This document shows positions 39,549-49,056 of a stretch of DNA of 64,000 bases, piece after piece. Every line of letters starts with the position of its first letter. The first letter of the stretch is position 1. The notes under the pieces are model-generated. The model saw only the letters and a list, made by a program, of their open reading frames with translations, had not been told where the DNA came from and made no database searches. The stretch lies in IMG/VR virus record IMGVR_UViG_3300035520_000158. One strand, given 5' to 3'. This DNA is from an uncultured virus (IMG/VR IMGVR_UViG_3300035520_000158). Its lineage: Duplodnaviria; Heunggongvirae; Uroviricota; Caudoviricetes; Crassvirales. The position numbers and the translations under genes were made by a program.

Positions 39549-40147
39549 AAATAACATTTGATACTAAAGTATTGGATAAGTATAATTTAAGTGTAGGAGA
39601 ATATCTTCTCCTACTCTTAAATACTACTTGTGAAGATGTTACAGGAGCAATTAAATCTATAGAAGAAAAGAATTTAGCACATAAAAGTGTATATGATTCT
39701 AATAGATTAATTTTAAGTGATCAGGTAAAAGAGCTAGTAAGAGATATTCAAACTGAATCAGATACTACTGTAATAGATAAAGATAAATGGTTTGAAGATG
39801 TAGCTATAGCTATAAGAGAAATATTTCCTAAAGGTAGAAAATCTGGTACTACTTATATGTGGAGAGATACTACAGCAGTAATTGCTAAGAAGCTTAAAAC
39901 TCTTGTTGTAAAATATAACTTTACCTTTACTAAAGAGCAAGCTATTAAAGCAACTACTACTTATGTAGAATCTTTCCATAATGATTTTAAGTATATGCAA
40001 TTATTGAAATACTTTATTCTAAAAAGTGTAGTAAATGCAAATGGTGATACTGAAATCAGATCAGAATTTATGTCTTTAATAGAAAATGAAGATGACACAG
40101 AAGTAATAGATAATACTGATGATGATTTACTAACTGAATTAAGATAA
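39545..40147 (+). CDS. Putative replication initiator/helicase loader
   Basis: 200 aa, coupled to the DnaB-like gene; function inferred from position only. Confidence 0.4.
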   Translation: MKITFDTKVLDKYNLSVGEYLLLLLNTTCEDVTGAIKSIEEKNLAHKSVYDSNRLILSDQVKELVRDIQTESDTTVIDKDKWFEDVAIAIREIFPKGRKSGTTYMWRDTTAVIAKKLKTLVVKYNFTFTKEQAIKATTTYVESFHNDFKYMQLLKYFILKSVVNANGDTEIRSEFMSLIENEDDTEVIDNTDDDLLTELR

Positions 40148-41349
40148 TGAATAATTCTCCTACATTAAGAGAAAAGGTTATGACTAAATTAAAGAAAAGG
40201 AGACAAAGAATAATTGATGGCAGAGTTAATTGTATTCCATCTCCTTTTCAAAGATTTAGTAATGATTACATAGGATTAGAGCAAGAAACTTATATTTGTG
40301 TAACTTCATTCACTAAAGGAGGTAAATCACAATTAGTTTCATTTCTAATGATATATAGTACACTCTTATATGCTTATAAGAATCCTGATAAAGAAATTGA
40401 TATTACCTTTATTTACTTTCCTTTAGAAGAAACTCCTGATAGAATTATGGAGAGATTTATGTCTTATCTATTATTTAATATAAGTAATGGAAGAATAAGA
40501 ATTGATCCTAAGACTTTAAGAAGTACAACTTCAGCAGTAGATGAAACAGTATTAAATACACTTGAATCAGAAGAATATACTAAGATACTTAAATTCTTTG
40601 AAGAGCATATTATCTTTTCATCAGAATCAAATCCTACAGGAATACTTAAATTCTGTACTAAGTATGCAGAAGAAAATGGTGAAACATTTTATAAAACATA
40701 TACAGTTAAAGATGAGTTTGGTAATCCTGTAGAAAGAAAGGTATTTGATCACTATGTTCTCACTAATCCTAATAAATATATTGTACCTGTAATTGATACT
40801 ATTAATATTATAGATACAGAAAGAGGAATGTCTTTGAAACAATCTATGGATAAAATGTCAGAATATTGTGCAAAGATAATGAGAAACAGGTATCACATGA
40901 CACCTATTGTTATTCAACAGCAAGCCTTTGAATCTGAGGGTAATGATGCTTTAAAATTAGGTAAAATTAGACCTTCTGTAGCTGGTCTTGGAGATAGTAA
41001 ATATGTTAGTAGAGATGCTAATATAGTATTAGGTTTATTTAGTCCTGCAAGATTTGGACTTAAAGACTACTTAGGCTATAATATTGATATTCTAAAAGAC
41101 CATGTTAGATTCTTAGAAGTATGTGTAAACAGAGATGGTGCTATGGGTGGTATCATTGCTCTTTATTTTGATGGTGCTTGTTGTTACTTTAGAGAATTAC
41201 CTATTGCTAAAAAGAAGAATGCAAGAGGAACTCTAGAGGAAACACCTGAAATTAAAAGAGTATATGAATATATACAGCATGAAGAGGCTGCTAATACAAC
41301 TTTCTTTGCTTATTCAATAAAAAAGATAAAAGAAATTTTGCATTTGTAA
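40147..41349 (+). CDS. dnaB: DnaB-like replicative helicase
   Basis: Variant Walker A FTKGGKS, LEE, IQQQ, SRDANIVLGL, NRDG. Confidence 0.75.
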   Translation: MNNSPTLREKVMTKLKKRRQRIIDGRVNCIPSPFQRFSNDYIGLEQETYICVTSFTKGGKSQLVSFLMIYSTLLYAYKNPDKEIDITFIYFPLEETPDRIMERFMSYLLFNISNGRIRIDPKTLRSTTSAVDETVLNTLESEEYTKILKFFEEHIIFSSESNPTGILKFCTKYAEENGETFYKTYTVKDEFGNPVERKVFDHYVLTNPNKYIVPVIDTINIIDTERGMSLKQSMDKMSEYCAKIMRNRYHMTPIVIQQQAFESEGNDALKLGKIRPSVAGLGDSKYVSRDANIVLGLFSPARFGLKDYLGYNIDILKDHVRFLEVCVNRDGAMGGIIALYFDGACCYFRELPIAKKKNARGTLEETPEIKRVYEYIQHEEAANTTFFAYSIKKIKEILHL

Positions 41350-41367
41350 GATTAATTCTTATATTTG
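41337..41367 (+). promoter_or_regulatory. Bacteroidetes sigma-type promoter
   Basis: TTTG-N19-TATATTTG upstream of the AAA ATPase. Confidence 0.7.
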
Positions 41368-41395
41368 CACTTAACCACTTAAATTATTTAGTTAT

Positions 41396-42073
41396 ATGGC
41401 AAACGCTGTAATTATTTTGGGAAAAAGTGGAACTGGAAAATCCACTAGTATTAAAACTCTAGATCCAAAAGAAACAGTAATTATTAATGTATTAGGAAAG
41501 AGGCTTCCATTTAAAGGAAGTTCTTCTGTTTATAATGCAGAAAATAAGAATCTGTTTCAAGTTGATGATTTTGAGAAGGTTCAAGCACTTTTACAGAATA
41601 TTGATAAAAGTGCTTCTCATGTAAAGAACATTGTCATTGATGATGCTATTTACATTATGCGTAAAGAGTATTTTAGGAGAGCTAAAGAACCTGGATATGG
41701 TAAATATACTGAACTTGCACAGCATTTTCAGAATATTATTCAAACTATTGAAAGAATGAAGCCTGAAACTAATGTATTCTTATTGCTTCATAGTGAAGAT
41801 GTTACATCAGATAATTCTACTGTAGGATTTAAAGTAAGCACTGTAGGATCTTTGTTGGATAAGCAATATAATCCTGTAGAAGTAGTTCCTACTGTTCTTT
41901 ATTCAGCAGTTAAATTTGATGATAAAGGTAAGCCTACTTATGGATTCTATACTCATAAGGTAATGGAAGGTTCTGTAGAAATTCCTGCTAAATCTCCTGA
42001 TGAAATGTTTACAGAAGACTTTATTCCTAATGATTTAGGAGCTATAGTTAAAGTTATGAATGAATATTTCTAA
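41396..42073 (+). CDS. AAA ATPase (Sak4/AAA_24-like recombinase)
   Basis: GKSGTGKS, IVIDD, AKSP. Confidence 0.8.
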   Translation: MANAVIILGKSGTGKSTSIKTLDPKETVIINVLGKRLPFKGSSSVYNAENKNLFQVDDFEKVQALLQNIDKSASHVKNIVIDDAIYIMRKEYFRRAKEPGYGKYTELAQHFQNIIQTIERMKPETNVFLLLHSEDVTSDNSTVGFKVSTVGSLLDKQYNPVEVVPTVLYSAVKFDDKGKPTYGFYTHKVMEGSVEIPAKSPDEMFTEDFIPNDLGAIVKVMNEYF

Positions 42074-42318
42074 TGCTAACTAGAGAAGAAGTTATAAAAT
42101 TATCAGCACCTCATGTTTCTAATCAGCTTAAAATGGTTAGAGAATATGCTTTAGAAAAAGGTAAAAGTATAAGAGATGTAGACAATCTTGAGATATTCTT
42201 AATGAAAAATTTATGGTATTTACAAGAATTTTTCTGCATAGCTAGAAAATACTATTTTACAAAATATAGTATTATTATCATGTATAATGCTGATAAAAAG
42301 CCAATTAAACTAATTTAA
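42073..42318 (+). CDS. Hypothetical protein
   Basis: 81-aa coupled ORF. Confidence 0.55.
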   Translation: MLTREEVIKLSAPHVSNQLKMVREYALEKGKSIRDVDNLEIFLMKNLWYLQEFFCIARKYYFTKYSIIIMYNADKKPIKLI

Positions 42319-42374
42319 AATTAAAATGTTACATATAGTAACAATAAACATTAACAATTTAAATTCTAAAAATT

Positions 42375-42875
42375 ATGGAAACTAAGAAATTTTCAAAGTG
42401 GGAACTGACAGTTATTAAGAACACTGCTAAGAATGTAAGTCCTATTGTAGCTAAGAAGGTTAAAATTCGTGAGAAGCTTGAAGAACTCGCTAAGGAGTAT
42501 AATAATCTTCAGGAGCTTCAAAATAGATTTGAAGAAAATGTAAAATCTATTACAGGTGGATTTACTACAGAGGATCTTGTAGAAAGAGTAGTAGAAACTA
42601 CTAATTCTGTAGATAAGAATGGTAATCCTATTAAGGTTACTAAGTATGCATTCAAGTATCCTGAAACTATTATTCCTACAACTCCTGCTCCTACAACTCC
42701 TATTGGAGAAAGTGGTGTAGCTCAGCAATACCCCTCTGCTCCTGTAGAAGATGAAGCAAATATAGAAAATGAAGCATTTACTGAACAAACAGAATATGTA
42801 GAAGATGAAAGTGAGCAACTTCCTGATGATGAAGCTGCTGATACAGGTATTGATGCTTCAGAATTCAATTTGTAA
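42375..42875 (+). CDS. Hypothetical protein with acidic tail
   Basis: 166 aa; coiled coil and acidic C-terminus. Confidence 0.65.
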   Translation: METKKFSKWELTVIKNTAKNVSPIVAKKVKIREKLEELAKEYNNLQELQNRFEENVKSITGGFTTEDLVERVVETTNSVDKNGNPIKVTKYAFKYPETIIPTTPAPTTPIGESGVAQQYPSAPVEDEANIENEAFTEQTEYVEDESEQLPDDEAADTGIDASEFNL

Positions 42876-42942
42876 TTAAAAGCATACAACTCTAAAATTA
42901 CTACAAAATAACTTAATAAATTAACTTTAAAAATTTACTATT

Positions 42943-43863
42943 ATGGCTTTTGCATCAGGTAAAAAATCAACAGAAGGTGCTTCATTTAAGCATTATATTG
43001 GTGTAGGTTCTTGTTTTGTTCTTGCACTTAATCCTAATAAAGCAGAACTTTCTTCTCTTTATGGTACTGAGATTACTAATGACCCTAGTTATCTTAGTGA
43101 AGTAGAAATCAATGGTAATAAGATTCCTAGTGTAAGATTGGATTTTATCTTGAAAACAGATGTAAATTCACCATTTAATAATGGTATTGAATTTACTTCT
43201 AAGGCAACATTCTTCTTGCGTAAGGAACCTCGTTATAATAAGGATGCTACTAAGTGTCAGGTAATTGATAAATATGGTAGAACAGCATGGGTAACTATAG
43301 AACAGGCTAAAAATCATGAGATTCCTGTTTATTCTAATGGTCCTGCTAAAATCTGCCCAGATTATCGTGTAGCCTATGTAGGTGAAGAGGATTTGGTAAA
43401 TTTCCTCATAGCTTATTTGGGGATTCCTGGTACTACTAAGCGTCAAGCTGATGGTAATTATATTGAGAAAACTGCAGAGGAACTTGTAGAATGTGAAGCA
43501 GGTTTGGAGAAAATTAAAGAGTATTTTAAGGGAGATTTTTCAGAACTTCGTAATATTATTGCTCTTCAGCCTGAAAACAAGGTAAAGGTAATGTTTGGTG
43601 TTAAGAATAATGATGGTAAGCAGATTCAAACTGTTTATACTAATATGTTCTTAAAGAGTGCAGCTCCTGAAGCAGCTCTTGCAAGATTAGCAACAGATTT
43701 GGAAAATCGTAAAGCTAATGGTGCATATCCTAATTGTGAATTTGCAGCTTGTAAGATTAAGGAGTATTCTGTTGAAGCTACAGATTTAGCAGAAGTAAAG
43801 AATGATACTTCAGATCTTCCTTTCCAAGAAGGTAATGGAGCATCAAATGAAAGCTGGTTCTAA
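42943..43863 (+). CDS. Probable single-stranded DNA-binding protein
   Basis: Acidic tail SDLPF...ESWF; located between the ATPase and primase. Confidence 0.6.
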   Translation: MAFASGKKSTEGASFKHYIGVGSCFVLALNPNKAELSSLYGTEITNDPSYLSEVEINGNKIPSVRLDFILKTDVNSPFNNGIEFTSKATFFLRKEPRYNKDATKCQVIDKYGRTAWVTIEQAKNHEIPVYSNGPAKICPDYRVAYVGEEDLVNFLIAYLGIPGTTKRQADGNYIEKTAEELVECEAGLEKIKEYFKGDFSELRNIIALQPENKVKVMFGVKNNDGKQIQTVYTNMFLKSAAPEAALARLATDLENRKANGAYPNCEFAACKIKEYSVEATDLAEVKNDTSDLPFQEGNGASNESWF

Positions 43864-43894
43864 TACTTTGTGATAAACCTTTAAATCTTTTATT

Positions 43895-44908
43895 ATGGCA
43901 TTCAGTAAGGGACAAATTACTGTAAGCCTTGAAGATATTCTACATTATATTACAGAAGGAGAGATTGCTGCTTATTATTTAGGTATTAATGCTGTACCTT
44001 GTGTAATAAATAGTCCATTAAGAGAAGATAGACACCCTTCATTGGGTGTCTATTCTCCTGATGGTAAGAAAATACACTATACAGATTTTGCAACTAACGA
44101 AAGTGGTAGTATATTTGATTTGTTGAGCAAAATGTGGAATCTATCTTTTAATGATGTTTTAGTAAGGATTTATAAAGAATGTCTTTATACTAAAAGCAAC
44201 ATTAAAATACATAAAAATGTAGATAGATTAAATATTAGTGTAGGTAAAAGTTCTTCAGACTTACAGTGTAAAGTAAGAGAATGGAGAAACTATGATGTAG
44301 ATTATTGGGAACAATATGGTATCTCAATAAAGTGGCTTAAATATGCAGAAGTTTACCCTATATCACATAAAATTATCATTAAAAACAAATGTAAATATGT
44401 ATTGAATGCTGATAAACTGGCTTATGCTTATGTAGAGCATAAAGAAGGAAAGATAACTTTAAAGATTTATCAACCCTACAATAAGAATGGATACAAATGG
44501 TCTAATAAACATGATAAATCTGTTATTAGTTTATGGACTAAAGTACCTGCTACAGGTATTAATATTTGTATCTGTTCTTCCTTAAAAGATGCTTTATGTC
44601 TTTGGGCAAATACAGGGATTCCTTCAATAGCTATACAAGGTGAAGCTTATAAAATGAGTAATACAGCCATTAATGAATTAAAAAGAAGGTTCAAATATAT
44701 CTTTATTTTATTAGATAATGATGAACCAGGAATCAGAGACGCAGAACAGTTATCAAAGGAAACAGGCTTCATTAATGTTGTATTACCTCAATTTGAAGGT
44801 GGAAAGGATATATCAGATTATTACAAAGTATTGAATAACAAAGAATTATTTAAAGAAACTATTATTGCTCTATTTAGAGCACAAGTAATTAACCATTCTA
44901 AAAATTAA
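43895..44908 (+). CDS. dnaG: DNA primase (Toprim)
   Basis: SPLREDRHPS, DFA, SLKDAL, LDNDEPG, KDISDY. Confidence 0.85.
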   Translation: MAFSKGQITVSLEDILHYITEGEIAAYYLGINAVPCVINSPLREDRHPSLGVYSPDGKKIHYTDFATNESGSIFDLLSKMWNLSFNDVLVRIYKECLYTKSNIKIHKNVDRLNISVGKSSSDLQCKVREWRNYDVDYWEQYGISIKWLKYAEVYPISHKIIIKNKCKYVLNADKLAYAYVEHKEGKITLKIYQPYNKNGYKWSNKHDKSVISLWTKVPATGINICICSSLKDALCLWANTGIPSIAIQGEAYKMSNTAINELKRRFKYIFILLDNDEPGIRDAEQLSKETGFINVVLPQFEGGKDISDYYKVLNNKELFKETIIALFRAQVINHSKN

Positions 44909-44914
44909 AACATT

Positions 44915-45550
44915 ATGGAAACTAGAACTATTTTGATCGTAGATTCAGCTGCTAACAAGAAAGTAGAAATTAACACTGCAGCAACTACATTTGGTGAATT
45001 GAAGTCTGCCGCTATTGCAGCAGGTATCAACATTTCCAATAAGGATTGGTTGGAAGGAATTACAAAATCATCTCCTCGTAGTGATGATGCTCTTCTTCCT
45101 ACTAATGTAAATTATCATGGAACAATTACCAATAATTTGGTATATATGCTAACTAATACTAACAAACAAATTAGATCTGGAGCTATGAATCGTGCAGAAA
45201 TTATCCAGTTTATTAAGGGTCATTCCCTTGAAGGTGTAGTTAAATCAACTTATGGTAAGAACTACACAAATTGTAGTACAATGGATTTGCAGAAAATTGT
45301 AGACAAGGAACTCAAGAAGGCTCCTGCTACAAAGCCTGTAGATTCTCACAAGGTATCAGAACCTATAAATGAAGGTTCAAGTGCTCAGACTCAGGGTAAT
45401 TCTAATACATCTGTAGATGTAAAGGAGCTTACTCTTGCAATTATTACCTTCTTTAAGAGCCTTCCTGCTTCTATTAAGAAGGAAGTGGAGAATAGTCTTA
45501 AAGAGGTAAAGTTCAGTGATAGTGATATTAATACGCTATTCAGAAAGTGA
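44915..45550 (+). CDS. Putative ubiquitin-like (beta-grasp) precursor with C-terminal extension
   Basis: aa 1-89 show a beta-beta-alpha...beta pattern (TILIVDS, KVEINT, ATTFGELK, DDALLP, LVYMLT) ending KQIRSG. Adjacent to E2, JAB and E1 genes. Confidence 0.6.
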   Translation: METRTILIVDSAANKKVEINTAATTFGELKSAAIAAGINISNKDWLEGITKSSPRSDDALLPTNVNYHGTITNNLVYMLTNTNKQIRSGAMNRAEIIQFIKGHSLEGVVKSTYGKNYTNCSTMDLQKIVDKELKKAPATKPVDSHKVSEPINEGSSAQTQGNSNTSVDVKELTLAIITFFKSLPASIKKEVENSLKEVKFSDSDINTLFRK

Positions 45551-45580
45551 TTAACTAATTAAGTAATTGGTGGTAAAAGG

Positions 45581-45630
45581 TAATGGGTGATATACATTTT
45601 ATAGTGTATGTCACCCATTATTTTTATTTT
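45581..45630 (+). terminator. Strong hairpin between the Ubl and E2 genes
   Basis: taatgggtgatataca/tgtatgtcacccatta followed by a T-run. Confidence 0.75.
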
Positions 45631-45662
45631 ACTATTAATGCTAAATAATCTATTGTCATTTA

Positions 45663-46790
45663 ATGGTTTTTCAAATGGCTGATACAAATTCTGAAACTGC
45701 TAAAACTACTACATCTACTACAACTACTGCACCTGTTACTATAAATGATATATATAATACATTCATAGATTATTATGGTGAAAATAGAGTAGATTTAGTA
45801 CAATCTGCAGATGAAGTACTATGGTTTTATAATACTTATGCTATAAGTATGTATACCAAGTATATTATCTTAGTTCACTGGCCTAATGTAAAGATTACAA
45901 ATGAACATGATAAAAGTATAGAAATTAAAGACTTCTTCTGTTTAATTCAAATAAATAAAGAATTTAAATTACAAGAAGATATAAGATTTAATAAATCTAC
46001 TTATAGTGAAGACCAATGGAGATCTCAGTATATTCATAGTCATGTTCAAAGTTTAAACTATCCTGCTTTTAATAGGTTTAAACCTTGTTGTTTAGGTTCT
46101 GGACCTATTAAAACTACTAGTTATAGATTAAAGAATGAAAAATTTGATGAATTTACATGGAGGTCTTTTGTTTGGGAACTAGATAAATATGTTCATGTAG
46201 AATCTCTTGTAGGTGTTCCTTATATGTATCTTGAAAGAGTAGGTACCGGAGAAGGGTATTCAAGAAGTGCTGAAATTACTGCTAATTTTTGGGATATAGC
46301 AATGCTTCATCCTTATAAATCAGCTAAATATGTTGAAAACTTCTTTACTCATTTAGCATCTTCAGGTATATTTAAATTTCATTATATAGATGGACAATAC
46401 AGGTTAGCGGAAGATCCTATTAAGTTAGCTATAAACATTACTAATGTTTATATTAAATGGGCTAATGAAGATACTGATTATCCTTCATCAACCCATAGAG
46501 AATTTATGAAATATAATATTTCAGACTATTATTTAATAGGTAATAAATTATATACACCTGGTAATAGTTCAACAGTGATTAGTTCTTTATCATATATAGG
46601 AAGAGATATGTTTAAGTTTAAAGGTAATATGATTAAACTTAAACTTGATACTACATTAGTAGACCATCCTACAATGTTTAAGGTACTAAGACTTGATATT
46701 ATAGGTCATATATTATATAAAGTAGAAAGATTTGTAAATGTATGTTATGGAAGCAATGTTACCATTGATAAAAAGCTCGCAATCATTTGA
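45663..46790 (+). CDS. Prokaryotic E2-like protein
   Basis: YIHSHV...KPCCLGSGP, comparable to the E2 HxH/HPN...CLG active-site signature. Confidence 0.6.
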   Translation: MVFQMADTNSETAKTTTSTTTTAPVTINDIYNTFIDYYGENRVDLVQSADEVLWFYNTYAISMYTKYIILVHWPNVKITNEHDKSIEIKDFFCLIQINKEFKLQEDIRFNKSTYSEDQWRSQYIHSHVQSLNYPAFNRFKPCCLGSGPIKTTSYRLKNEKFDEFTWRSFVWELDKYVHVESLVGVPYMYLERVGTGEGYSRSAEITANFWDIAMLHPYKSAKYVENFFTHLASSGIFKFHYIDGQYRLAEDPIKLAINITNVYIKWANEDTDYPSSTHREFMKYNISDYYLIGNKLYTPGNSSTVISSLSYIGRDMFKFKGNMIKLKLDTTLVDHPTMFKVLRLDIIGHILYKVERFVNVCYGSNVTIDKKLAII

Positions 46791-47904
46791 ACTTATTGTT
46801 ACAAAAGAGCTTGAAAATAAAATTAGATTCTTGTGTGAAAAGTTGCCTACTAAAGAATATTCAGGTACTTTATTTTATAAGACTTATGGCTCTTTTGAGA
46901 ATAAAAGTCTTATAGTTGAAGCTGTAGATTTCTATCTTCAAGATATTGGTGTATCAACATTTACCCAATTTAAGAATGATGTAAATCTAGCAGGATATAT
47001 GGTAGACCATGATTTAATGGATTGTTTTACAGGTTTAATGCATTCTCATAATAAAATGGCTACATTCTTTAGTGGTACAGATATTAACACATTACAATCT
47101 GAAGGAAATGATGCTAATCATTTTGTATCTTTAATTGTAAATAATGAAGGTAAATATACTGCAGCAATTACAAGAAAAATTACAAATATAGCTGAAGGAG
47201 ATTATCAAACAGAATATAGAACATTTGGAGATAATCTTATTAGCTCTAAAGGAGAACATTATAAAACTACCAATTCTGCTATTGAATACTCTGATTTAAC
47301 AATTAGAGTATATGAAGCATCAGGAGAACCTGAAACAGAATTGGAGGAAAGATTTGATGAACTTCTTAAAGATGCTAATTCTTTCCTTAATGCTAGTAGA
47401 AAATCTGAATTTGAAACAAAAGATGGAAAGAAAAGTAATTATACGGGAATCTCACAATATAACCCATTTGTGGGGGATTGGTCATTGTTTGAGGATATTC
47501 CTGAAATACCTGATAATAACTTTATTAATGATAATGGCTCTAATATTCGAATTAGTTCTAATATCATAAATTCTCATGTAGCTCAGATTATTACAGGTAA
47601 CTTATTTGCAAATTACAAGAGAGATCTTGATCTAAAATCTTGGATTAAGAATATGGAGGTAGTTTATGATAGGAGATTCAAAAATAACTTTGATGCATTT
47701 AAGACATTTGCAGATAGTTTTATTGAATTTCTTAATTTTGAATTACCTGAAATTGTATATCATGGAGTTGTTGTAGACTTTGTAGAAAGAGATTGTGCAT
47801 GGGCAGAACAACTTAGTTACACTCTCGAAAATATGTGTAAATATAAAAGAAATAAGTATTTGGATTATTACATTGAATCATTAAAAGTATGGACCCTAGT
47901 GTAA
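46738..47904 (+). CDS. JAB/JAMM metalloprotease
   Basis: EYSG...HSHNKMATFFSGTD matches E...HxH-x7-S-x2-D. Confidence 0.85.
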   Translation: MYVMEAMLPLIKSSQSFELIVTKELENKIRFLCEKLPTKEYSGTLFYKTYGSFENKSLIVEAVDFYLQDIGVSTFTQFKNDVNLAGYMVDHDLMDCFTGLMHSHNKMATFFSGTDINTLQSEGNDANHFVSLIVNNEGKYTAAITRKITNIAEGDYQTEYRTFGDNLISSKGEHYKTTNSAIEYSDLTIRVYEASGEPETELEERFDELLKDANSFLNASRKSEFETKDGKKSNYTGISQYNPFVGDWSLFEDIPEIPDNNFINDNGSNIRISSNIINSHVAQIITGNLFANYKRDLDLKSWIKNMEVVYDRRFKNNFDAFKTFADSFIEFLNFELPEIVYHGVVVDFVERDCAWAEQLSYTLENMCKYKRNKYLDYYIESLKVWTLV

Positions 47905-49055
47905 ATATTGATGTAAATCAAATTCTGGCAGAATATGGTTTAAGTGGTGTAGAAGATGCTACTCCTACTTCTCAGCAATCTAATGAAAATGAAGCATCTA
48001 ATACATCTGCTAATTCTAGCTCTAATTTAAATGATAATAATGGAGAAACAGAAGAAGATGAAAATAATATTGAAGATGTAGAATATGAAGATGTTAGTGA
48101 AGAAACTTCAAATGCTGCTACTAATACTACTACTGATACTACTACTTCTAATTCTTCTACTACTTCTACTACTCCAAATATTAGTCATCCAGAAGATTTA
48201 GTAAATCAAACTCCAAGTAGACCTTATACTCATGTTACCTCTGCTCAAGTAGATGAGCTATTAGAAACATTGCAAGGTAACATTGATGTAAATAGGGATG
48301 CTGTACCTGCAAAACAAAAGCCTAATATTATAGAGGAAAATACTGAAATAATAAATGAAAATTTAGCTAGATTCAGTAGTGCAGAATGGTTTGAAGAAAT
48401 TCAAAAGCAATCTATTACTCTTGCAGGTTTAGGAGGTATTGGAAGTTGGGTAGCACTTATTCTTTCAAGATTAAATCCTCAAAGTATTTATATGTTTGAT
48501 GATGATAAAGTAGAAGAAGTTAATATGGCAGGTCAATTTTATAGTAGCTATGATGTTAGAAAATATAAAGTTGATGCTGTATGTAATTCTATTATAGAGT
48601 ATAGTAAGTATTACAATGCCCATGCTAATAGAGTTAAATATGATTATTCTTCTCTTACAACAAACATTATGATTTGTGGATTTGACAATATGAGTGCTAG
48701 AAAAGTATTCTTTGGTAGATGGAAAAATCATATTGAAGAACCTAAAGTTAAAAGATCTGAATGTTTGTTTATTGATGGTAGATTAACAGCTGATGAATTA
48801 CAAGTATTTGCAATAAAAGGTGATGATACTTATAATATTAATAGATATTATTCTGAATATCTGTTTGATGATTCTCAAGCAGAAGAAACAGTTTGTAGTT
48901 TTAAACAAACTACTTATTGTGCTACAATGATAGCTAGCATTATTGTAAATATTTTCACTAACTTTATTGCAAGTTTAAAGAGTCCATTACTTTATGATGT
49001 ACCATTTAAGACTTATTATGGTACTAATTTAATGTTCTTTAAAACTGAAAGTTAA
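47889..49055 (+). CDS. E1/ThiF-family activating enzyme with disordered N-terminus
   Basis: RFS, GLGGIGS, DDDKVEEVNMAGQ, KVD, GFDNMSAR, DGRL; candidate catalytic Cys in ETVCSFKQ. Confidence 0.88.
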   Translation: MDPSVNIDVNQILAEYGLSGVEDATPTSQQSNENEASNTSANSSSNLNDNNGETEEDENNIEDVEYEDVSEETSNAATNTTTDTTTSNSSTTSTTPNISHPEDLVNQTPSRPYTHVTSAQVDELLETLQGNIDVNRDAVPAKQKPNIIEENTEIINENLARFSSAEWFEEIQKQSITLAGLGGIGSWVALILSRLNPQSIYMFDDDKVEEVNMAGQFYSSYDVRKYKVDAVCNSIIEYSKYYNAHANRVKYDYSSLTTNIMICGFDNMSARKVFFGRWKNHIEEPKVKRSECLFIDGRLTADELQVFAIKGDDTYNINRYYSEYLFDDSQAEETVCSFKQTTYCATMIASIIVNIFTNFIASLKSPLLYDVPFKTYYGTNLMFFKTES

Positions 49056-49056
49056 T

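Noticed and set aside
47889..49055. ThiF as a thiamine or molybdopterin biosynthesis gene
   Set aside because: No ThiS/ThiG/Moa genes are present; the neighbours are JAB, E2-like and Ubl-like genes.
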